In this document: piece after piece, positions 17,985-24,000 of the stretch | How the letters are laid out: each line of letters opens with the position of its first letter | How positions within the stretch are numbered: position 1 is the stretch's first letter | Source of the DNA: an uncultured Peptoniphilaceae bacterium | GTDB lineage: Bacteria > Bacillota > Clostridia > Tissierellales > Peptoniphilaceae | Reading direction: 5' to 3' | NCBI GenBank assembly: GCA_964394795.1 | Contig: CAYMYX010000001.1 | Location: 49,620 to 73,619, forward strand | DNA: 24,000 nucleotides | Notes under the pieces: generated by a model | Databases searched by the model: none | What the model saw: the letters and a program-made list of their open reading frames with translations, nothing else | Told to the model about the DNA's origin: nothing | Made by a program: the position numbers and the translations under genes

Positions 17985-18262
17985 GACGTTGGGAGCGCCT
18001 AGCTCCCGGGTGGTTACCACAGTGGTTTGTGGTAGTTTTTATCTGATGTCCTCAATACAGCAAAGGTGGGGTTCGTGCCTGATGTGGTACGGTTTCGCCA
18101 AAATGGATTAAGGGATCAGAGTTCTTATAAGAAAGAATTTTAAAACAAAAAAGCATCAACACCATCTAGATTGTACCGCACGGAGATTCTTCTCACGGCC
18201 AAGGCAGTCTTTTTTTGTGGCCTAAATGCAGAATCCCGTGATAACTAGACTAAGGGGCTATC
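17985..18262 (+). ncRNA. structured 5' leader / candidate cis-regulatory RNA of unknown class upstream of the YitT-family gene
   Basis: About 280 nt lie between the promoter and the RBS (AAGGGG at 18252). Visible elements: hairpin GGGAGC-gccta-GCTCCC (17991..18007); terminator-like TACCACA-gtggtt-TGTGGTA + GTTTTTAT (18015..18042), with a competing upstream GTGGT; helix TCTGAT (18042..18047) / ATCAGA (18114..18119) enclosing hairpin CGTGCC-tgatgt-GGTACG (18074..18091); and a long-range GTGGTAC (18084..18090) / GTACCGC (18173..18179) pairing. Confidence 0.45.
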
Positions 18263-19012
18263 ATGGAAAGAAAATTCTTCAACTCAGCAAGTGCAGTGGG
18301 TGTAAGAAGCACGACGCAGGAACAGCAGGAAAGTGGAAGTTTGTCACTGAAAGAACGGTGGCAAAAAGTATTGAATTATTTGGAATTATCTAGTTTTGAT
18401 GTGGTAATGATTAGCTTGGGGAATATGATTATGGCCTTCTCCTTGGTGAATATCCATATCCAAGCAAGCATTACGGAGGGTGGAGGCATTGGGCTGGCCA
18501 TCCTGATGAACAAGATTTTTGGGATCAATCCGGCAATCACCAGTTTTGTCTTTGATGGGGCCATGTACGCGTTAGGCTTCTTCTTGCTGGAGCGGGGTTT
18601 TATCAAGAAGGCAGTGGTTTCTACGGTGATTTTCTCGGGCTTTTATAGCATCTTCTTTGGGATGGGACCTGTGTTGCCATCACTGGCAGACAATCCGATT
18701 CTGGCGGCGACGCTGGGTGGAATCATGATTGGGATTGGTTGCGGCATGGTGGTTACGAGGGGCGGCGTTGCCGGTGGTGACGACTGCTATGCCTTGATTG
18801 TATCGGGCAGGACAAGGGTGTCTTTAAGCAAGGCTTACTTTATCAGTGATGCTTTGGTTTTGGCGGCTTCGGCTTTGATCTATTTACCTTTAGGGAATGT
18901 GTTTGTGTCCCTCTACTCTACCGTCATTTCCTCTTTTATTATTGGACAATTTGAGCTTCACTTACCCGAGCTGGATATCTTGTGGCAAGAGGGTAAGGCT
19001 GAAGCAAGGTAA
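18263..19012 (+). CDS. YitT-family (DUF161 repeat) integral membrane protein, without the C-terminal DUF2179 domain
   Basis: 249 aa, multi-TM, with two glycine motifs typical of the YitT repeats (TEGGGIGLAIL and TRGGVAGGDDCYALIV). Confidence 0.7.
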   Translation: MERKFFNSASAVGVRSTTQEQQESGSLSLKERWQKVLNYLELSSFDVVMISLGNMIMAFSLVNIHIQASITEGGGIGLAILMNKIFGINPAITSFVFDGAMYALGFFLLERGFIKKAVVSTVIFSGFYSIFFGMGPVLPSLADNPILAATLGGIMIGIGCGMVVTRGGVAGGDDCYALIVSGRTRVSLSKAYFISDALVLAASALIYLPLGNVFVSLYSTVISSFIIGQFELHLPELDILWQEGKAEAR

Positions 19013-19032
19013 GGAATTTATTGATGGGGTTG

Positions 19033-19078
19033 ACTCTATGGCCATCGTGGCTTTACATAGAGTTTACCTCATTTTTTT
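19033..19078 (+). terminator. possible terminator after the YitT-family gene
   Basis: ACTCTATG-GCCA-tcg-TGGC-ttta-CATAGAGT, then TTACCTCATTTTTTT. The T-run is offset 8 nt from the stem, so this call is only moderate. Confidence 0.45.
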
Positions 19079-19085
19079 GTTTACT

Positions 19086-19094
19086 TGATATAAT
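19086..19094 (+). promoter_or_regulatory. extended -10 promoter element for ppk
   Basis: TGaTATAAT, about 30 nt upstream of ATG 19125. Confidence 0.45.
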
Positions 19095-19124
19095 AGGGAT
19101 AATGATTGGTAGAGAGGGAACAAA

Positions 19125-21560
19125 ATGAGCGATTCGAGTAAGAATACCGGTTTAGATGAACGAAATAAAAAACTAAGGGACATGAGCTATACGCAAAACC
19201 GTGAACTATCGTGGCTGGCGTTTAATGAGCGGGTGCTGGATGAGGGCCGTGACAGCAGGGTCCCTCTGTTGGAGCGTCTGAAATTCATTTCGATTTTTAC
19301 ATCAAACTTGGATGAGTTTTTCCGGGTTCGGGTTGGTTCTTTGGATAACTTGGCTCAGGTGAAAAAGGATGTCATTGACAATAAGACAGGCTGGACCGCA
19401 ACTCAGCAGATGCAGAAGATTTTTGATTTAATGCCGGCCATGTATGCCAAGAGAGATGCTGCCTTTGCCGAGGTGGAGGAACTTTTGCGTGGGCAAGGTG
19501 TTGTTCGGCTGTCCATTGAAGAGCTGGATAAACGGTCTTTGAGTTTAATTGAGTCCTATTATGATATGAATTTGTTGCCGGTATTATCGCCTTTGGTTAT
19601 CGATGCTCGCCACCCTTTCCCCCACTTGGGCAACGAGCAGTTGTATATCTTTGCGGATATTGAGGATGGTAAGGGCAATCCCTATTATGGTGTTGTTGGA
19701 ATTCCTTCGGCGATTTCTCCGATCTATTTCTTACCAAATTCTAGTTCCTATATTCTTCTGGAAGATTTGATCCAATACAAAGTAGCCAGTCTGTATGAGG
19801 GTTTTCAGATTAAGTGTATGGCTGTCGTATCCGTTACGAGGAATGCAGATATCAACCTGGATGAAGATATCGACGAGATGGAAGACAACATTCGGTCAGC
19901 GATCAAGAAACAGTTGAAGAAGAGGAACCGGTTAGAGGCTGTTCGTTTGGAAGTGAAAGGGCAGTTGTCTAAGGGGAGCTTGGACTTTTTGCGCAAGCAC
20001 CATGGCCTGGAAAAAAATCAGGTATACCAATCAACAGCCCCTCTGCTGATGAAGTACGTATTCATGATTGAGGACCATTTGGACCCGGCAACCAAGGACA
20101 AAGTGTGCTACACGCCTTTCGAACCTCAGCCCTCTCCCCTCTTCCGCAACGACGAGCCGGTGATGAGTCAGATTTTTGAAGGCGACAAGGTATTGCACTA
20201 TCCCTTTGAGCGGATGGAACCCTTCTTGCAATTGTTGAAGGAAGCTTCCCAAGACCCACGGGTGCTATCGATAAAGATTACGATTTATAGGATGGCCTCC
20301 GTTTCCAAAGTGGCGGAGTATTTGGCGCATGCAGCGGAGAACGGAAAAGAAGTTTTGGTCCTCATGGAACTTCGGGCTCGCTTTGATGAAGAGAACAATA
20401 TCGACTATTCAGAACGGTTGGAGCAAGCCGGTTGTACCATTATCTATGGCTTTGAGGAGTACAAGGTTCACTCCAAGATCTGTCTGATAACGGCCTACTA
20501 CAACAATGAGGTTAGGACCATCACCCAGATTGGTACCGGTAACTACAACGAGAAGACGGCCAAGCAATACACGGATTTGTCCTACATCACCGCAGATGAG
20601 GCGATTGGTCGAGACGCGGCCAACTTCTTCAAGAACATGCTGATTTCTAATCTGGATGGGAAGTACAACCACTTGCTAGTGGCGCCAACGGGTATTAAGC
20701 CAGCCTTGATGAAGCTCTTTGATCGAGAGATTGAGAAGGCGAAGAATGGTCAGGATGCTGAGGTTATCCTCAAGTGCAACAGTGTTTCGGAGCGGGATTT
20801 AATCGATAAGATGATGGAGGCTTCCTGTGCGGGAGTGAAAGTCATACTGATCGTTCGAGGCATTTGCTGTATTCGTCCTGGGGTTCCCAATCGGACGGAG
20901 AACATTCGGGTTATCTCGATAGTTGGTCGCTTCTTGGAGCACCATCGGATTTACTCTTTCGGAGCGGAACGTGAGGACCTCTATATTTCCTCGGCCGACT
21001 TGATGACTCGAAATATCATGAACCGGGTGGAGATCGCCGTTCCCATTCGCAGTCCGGAGGTTCGAAAGAAGTTGATTCGTTTGTTGCAAATCTATATGAA
21101 TGACACGGAAAAGGCGAAGGAGCTCCAAAGTGACGGTACGTATATTCCAGTAGAAGGCGATGGCCTAGATTCCCAACAAACCTTCATCAACCTTGCTGAG
21201 CAGGAAGCCAGGAAGATGCTCTACAACAAGGAGCTGACGACGAAGATTGACTTGCGAAATGCGCCTAGGATGGGTGACACGGGCCATAAGGAAGACGTCC
21301 GCTTCCCTAGCGATGACGAGGCGATTGCCCAGTTGCGCAGAGACCTAGAGCGAGATATGAAGGAAGCTGAAATCGCTGAGAAGGAAAAAGCACAACTCGA
21401 AAAGTTGCGGGAGGAAGAAGCGACCCAACCGGGTCAAGAGGAAGCCGTTGAAGAGCAACCCGCGAACGCGGTACCTTATCAAATCAGTGCGAAGGAAGAA
21501 GTGCCAGAACCTAAGGAAGTCTCCCTCTGGGTAAGAATTAAACAGTTTTTTAGAAGATAA
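19125..21560 (+). CDS. ppk: polyphosphate kinase 1 with a C-terminal extension of about 110 aa
   Basis: 811 aa. Has the N-terminal RELSWLAFNERVLDEG, the phospho-His loop YKVHSKICLI, and GTGNYNEKTAKQYTD. The PPK1 body appears complete by about residue 700, followed by a charged low-complexity tail. Confidence 0.93.
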   Translation: MSDSSKNTGLDERNKKLRDMSYTQNRELSWLAFNERVLDEGRDSRVPLLERLKFISIFTSNLDEFFRVRVGSLDNLAQVKKDVIDNKTGWTATQQMQKIFDLMPAMYAKRDAAFAEVEELLRGQGVVRLSIEELDKRSLSLIESYYDMNLLPVLSPLVIDARHPFPHLGNEQLYIFADIEDGKGNPYYGVVGIPSAISPIYFLPNSSSYILLEDLIQYKVASLYEGFQIKCMAVVSVTRNADINLDEDIDEMEDNIRSAIKKQLKKRNRLEAVRLEVKGQLSKGSLDFLRKHHGLEKNQVYQSTAPLLMKYVFMIEDHLDPATKDKVCYTPFEPQPSPLFRNDEPVMSQIFEGDKVLHYPFERMEPFLQLLKEASQDPRVLSIKITIYRMASVSKVAEYLAHAAENGKEVLVLMELRARFDEENNIDYSERLEQAGCTIIYGFEEYKVHSKICLITAYYNNEVRTITQIGTGNYNEKTAKQYTDLSYITADEAIGRDAANFFKNMLISNLDGKYNHLLVAPTGIKPALMKLFDREIEKAKNGQDAEVILKCNSVSERDLIDKMMEASCAGVKVILIVRGICCIRPGVPNRTENIRVISIVGRFLEHHRIYSFGAEREDLYISSADLMTRNIMNRVEIAVPIRSPEVRKKLIRLLQIYMNDTEKAKELQSDGTYIPVEGDGLDSQQTFINLAEQEARKMLYNKELTTKIDLRNAPRMGDTGHKEDVRFPSDDEAIAQLRRDLERDMKEAEIAEKEKAQLEKLREEEATQPGQEEAVEEQPANAVPYQISAKEEVPEPKEVSLWVRIKQFFRR

Positions 21561-21593
21561 TGTGAAGGGGTTGTTGTAAAATAGACTCTAAAG

Positions 21594-21640
21594 TGACCCC
21601 ATAAAGTTGGAGATTTGGTCCAGCTTTATGGGGTCAGTTT
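21594..21640 (+). terminator. hairpin terminator downstream of ppk
   Basis: Perfect 13-bp stem TGACCCCATAAAG / CTTTATGGGGTCA with a 17-nt loop, followed by GTTTAT. Confidence 0.55.
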
Positions 21641-21741
21641 ATCACTAATTTTCAATAAATCATTTTTTTATATTATCGAAATATGTTTTATTCTACCGTC
21701 CAAAAGGCCTAAAACGTGGGCCATCCACCTGAACCCAAGGC

Positions 21742-21774
21742 CACAACAAAGAAGAACTTGGCAAATTGCCAAGT
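21742..21774 (-). terminator. intrinsic terminator of the patatin-like gene
   Basis: ACTTGGCA-aat-TGCCAAGT (21756..21774) lies 6 nt after the stop. On the minus strand it is followed by TCTTCTTTGTTGTGG. Confidence 0.6.
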
Positions 21775-21780
21775 CCTCTT

Positions 21781-22680
21781 TTATTGCCCTATAAAATCAG
21801 GTATCGCTTCAGCTGCTTTCATGCCCTCGTCGTACAGCCTTTGGATAGCGTCCTTATCTTTCTTCAACATATCCATGCCGTCGATGTTGTCGGGCGCAAG
21901 GATGAGGACCTTCCCCTCCTGCTCGTAGACCTTGGCTTGAGCGAGCTGACGGTTATAGGTATCGGCTCGGGCGGCTAACGTGGCGGCTGTCTCAGGAAAC
22001 TTCCGCTTAATGATTCTGACACTCCGCTCATCGTCCTTAGCTGACCGGTTATAATCTCTGGGTCTGGTTAGAATGAGGACAATTTTGTCGCAACCTTGAT
22101 CAAAAGCGAAGTCGAGCGGAATGGGATTGCTAAGCCCTCCGTCGTAGTAGCGTCGTCCATCCACCGGATAGGCTTGGTTGATGACCGGCACACAGGAAGA
22201 GGCTTTGATGGGGGCATAATTGTCCCGCTTCATATCGGCTTTCGTGAAGATATGGGGATGGCCAGTTTCGGCCTCGGTAGCAACGACCCGGTAATCCGTA
22301 GGCGATGCCACAAACGCCTCATAATCCAAGGGGTCTTCCCCATCGCTATTGGACAAGGTACCGTAGGCATAATCCAAGTCGACGAAATTCTTTTTCATCA
22401 AGAGATTTTTCATGCTCATGTATTCCTTGCGGAAGGCATAATCCAGATAATAATTCATGGTTCTGCCCCGTTGGCCTGCCACGAAATTAGCCAGATTGCC
22501 GCTCCCTGCGGACACGCCCACCGCTAAATCGAAGACAATGCCGTTGTCAAGGCAATAATCCAAAATGCCCGCACCAAAAGAATCTCTCATGCCGCCGCCT
22601 ACATCAACTATACCTAACATAAAACCTCTTTCTACTTTTCCAATTAATGGGGCCATGCTCGTGTCATTAAACTGATGCAT
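21781..22680 (-). CDS. patatin-like phospholipase
   Basis: 299 aa. Oxyanion motif DVGGGMRDSFGAG, nucleophile elbow GVSAGS (GxSxG) and the catalytic Asp in YYDGGLSNP. An alternative, probably better, start is at ATG 22620 (MLGIVDVGGG, GAAAGAGG upstream). Confidence 0.88.
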   Translation of the reverse strand: MHQFNDTSMAPLIGKVERGFMLGIVDVGGGMRDSFGAGILDYCLDNGIVFDLAVGVSAGSGNLANFVAGQRGRTMNYYLDYAFRKEYMSMKNLLMKKNFVDLDYAYGTLSNSDGEDPLDYEAFVASPTDYRVVATEAETGHPHIFTKADMKRDNYAPIKASSCVPVINQAYPVDGRRYYDGGLSNPIPLDFAFDQGCDKIVLILTRPRDYNRSAKDDERSVRIIKRKFPETAATLAARADTYNRQLAQAKVYEQEGKVLILAPDNIDGMDMLKKDKDAIQRLYDEGMKAAEAIPDFIGQ

Positions 22681-22719
22681 GGCCCTCTTTACTTATCCTA
22701 TTTGACCTCGATCCAATCA

Positions 22720-23520
22720 TTAGAAGCCTAAGAAGAACAGGGAGATCACCAATATTAATGCCGTGGACAGGACGGTGATAGGAAATCCGATCTTGACGTA
22801 GTCGCTGTACTGGTAACCCTTCCACGCGGGCGTGTCTCGGTCAATATGAAGGACCTCTTCGGCTTCCTGTTTGGGGTTGTCGCTGACATGGCCCGGTAAA
22901 ATTTTCTGCTGCTGCTTATAGCCCACGAGGGCCATATACCCGACCAAAAGCACCATCAATGGCCAACCTAAAATCCCTGGCTCCCAGAAACCCAACTGGC
23001 GGACACCTTCCGTCTCGGCTAGAATCCCTTGAGCAACCAACTGAGGCGTCGAACCAACCATAGTCGCCGCACCGCCTATGGTGGAGGCAAATCCTGTGGC
23101 TAATACAATATTTCGGCTCTTTATCTTCCCCTTCGACTCCCGGGCAATCGATCGAATGAGGGGAATGAACATGGCAATAACGGCGGTGTTGCTGAGGAAA
23201 GCAGACAGCGTACCAGCCAAGGCAACAGTCAAGACCAGAAACCCTTCTTCGGATTTTACGATGCCGGAACCCAACACCTTCTGCCCTATCCGTTCTGCTA
23301 TCCCTGTCTTAAAAAGGGCATCCCCAATGATCATCATGCCGATAACCATCATGACGGTGGTTGAGCCAAAGCCAGCGTAGATGTCGGTTAGGTCCATGGC
23401 CCCCGTTATGCCCATAGCCAATGAAGAGATGAGGGCGGTCACTGCCAAGGGCAGCTTCTCCGCCACAAAGGAAATTACCGTAAGTATGATGATAATTATG
23501 GCGACAATACTCTTATCCAT
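22720..23520 (-). CDS. SLC13/DASS-type permease remnant (N-terminal transport repeat fused in frame to the extreme C-terminus)
   Basis: About 266 aa from ATG 23520 (GGAGGAG RBS). The N-terminal half is typical (EKLPLAVTAL..., first SNT motif SAFLSNTAV, GSTPQ). After a short linker it joins directly to the family's C-terminal end, GYQYSDYVKIGFPITVL. The cytoplasmic TrkA-C domains and the second transport repeat are absent. Confidence 0.6.
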   Translation of the reverse strand: MDKSIVAIIIIILTVISFVAEKLPLAVTALISSLAMGITGAMDLTDIYAGFGSTTVMMVIGMMIIGDALFKTGIAERIGQKVLGSGIVKSEEGFLVLTVALAGTLSAFLSNTAVIAMFIPLIRSIARESKGKIKSRNIVLATGFASTIGGAATMVGSTPQLVAQGILAETEGVRQLGFWEPGILGWPLMVLLVGYMALVGYKQQQKILPGHVSDNPKQEAEEVLHIDRDTPAWKGYQYSDYVKIGFPITVLSTALILVISLFFLGF

Positions 23521-23739
23521 AGTAGTCTCCTCCATGTTAATCTCGACTGGGTGCGCTGAACGCAACCCTAGAAGTACTACTATTATACGGTAAAGGGGAA
23601 AAACAGGGTGTAAATTATTCTCTCTTGGGCCATGGGAAAGTTACATCCTCGAAATATTCAAATCTCTTAATCAAATAATTCTTCTATAATTTTTTCGTTA
23701 AGCTATTATTAATGTAACTTATAGAGAAAGAGGTGCCCC

Positions 23740-24000
23740 ATGGGATTATTTGACCGTTTTAGCAAGAAGGAAGAACCCGCCTGTTTATTGGAAAATGAAC
23801 TTGAATACAAAGAGTATGATTTTTACGATATGAACTCTAGGTTTGCAGGTCAAACGATGGCCACACAAGTCAACCAACGTAGTCTTGTTGAAGAGTTTCC
23901 TCATTGGGAGATCAATGTCGGGACTGGGAAAGTTATCTTTGGTGAAAAGCCTTACCAAGCCCAGTACATCGGCAAGTTAGTACCTAAGGGCCACCGTGGT
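23740..24000 (+). CDS. hypothetical protein, N-terminal 87 codons only (runs off the window)
   Basis: Absent from the track because it has no stop. ATG 23740, preceded by AAAGAGGTG, opens a frame (MGLFDRFSKKEEPACLLENELEYKEYDFYDMNSRF...WEINVGTGKVIFGEKPYQAQYIGKL...) that stays open to position 24000. Confidence 0.5.
   Translation, partial: MGLFDRFSKKEEPACLLENELEYKEYDFYDMNSRFAGQTMATQVNQRSLVEEFPHWEINVGTGKVIFGEKPYQAQYIGKLVPKGHRG

Noticed and set aside
17985-18262. Assigning the YitT leader to the T-box class, based on TGTGGTACGG / TTGTACCGCACGG resembling the GGTGGTACCGCG T-box core, or to the purine class, based on GGTTTCGCC resembling the GUUUCUACC junction.
   Set aside because: The full T-box 14-mer, the Stem I K-turn and specifier architecture, and a canonical terminator are not present. 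For the purine class no P3 hairpin can be formed. The similarities are short and partial, so the element is left unclassified.
19805-21128. Minus-strand ORFs inside ppk (19805..19996, 20031..20252, 20409..20672, 20799..21128).
   Set aside because: They are antisense to a full-length, motif-complete PPK1 gene. They have no RBS and no recognisable products.
21781-22680. The patatin-like phospholipase as a possible effector of a CBASS- or other defence-type system.
   Set aside because: It is monocistronic with its own terminator. No cyclase, sensor, NTPase, TIR/SAVED domain or other partner gene is adjacent; its neighbours are ppk and a permease remnant. A stand-alone lipolytic enzyme is the simpler reading.

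Overview
Bacillota-type chromosomal window; the KOW gene after adk and the class 3 FBPase suggest a Clostridia/Erysipelotrichia-like organism, with low confidence on taxon.

Positions 1-11.4 kb (minus strand) hold a complete, canonical S10-spc ribosomal protein cluster: rpsJ-rplCDWB-rpsS-rplV-rpsC-rplP-rpmC-rpsQ-rplNXE-rpsN-rpsH-rplFR-rpsE-rpmD-rplO-secY-adk, then a small KOW-domain gene that runs off the left edge. TAATG stop/start overlaps occur at three junctions. A promoter with a ~250-nt leader lies at 11.4-11.7 kb, back to back with the fbp promoter.

Positions 11.8-24 kb are a compositionally mosaic set of mostly monocistronic housekeeping and accessory genes:
- class 3 fructose-1,6-bisphosphatase
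- an AT-rich GNAT acetyltransferase
- a UPF0126/TRIC membrane protein
- an M20 amidohydrolase
- a SAM methyltransferase that appears to carry an in-frame internal deletion
- an orphan 168-aa protein
- a YitT-family membrane protein
- polyphosphate kinase 1 with a long C-terminal extension
- a patatin-like phospholipase
- an SLC13-type permease that appears internally deleted
- a partial hypothetical ORF at the right edge

I saw no rRNA, tRNA, CRISPR, transposase, integrase or recognisable defence operon, and no convincing novel multi-gene system.

The features most worth a second look are non-coding:
1. A ~280-nt structured leader with attenuator-like alternative pairings upstream of the YitT gene. 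I could not assign it to a known riboswitch class.
2. Two exact copies of an 18-bp palindrome, 40 bp apart, in front of the orphan ORF.
3. A pair of inverted ~50-nt hairpin repeats, whose inner stem is kept by substitutions, bracketing a 4-kb segment.

All functional calls come from reading the translated ORFs against remembered family motifs. No database search was run.
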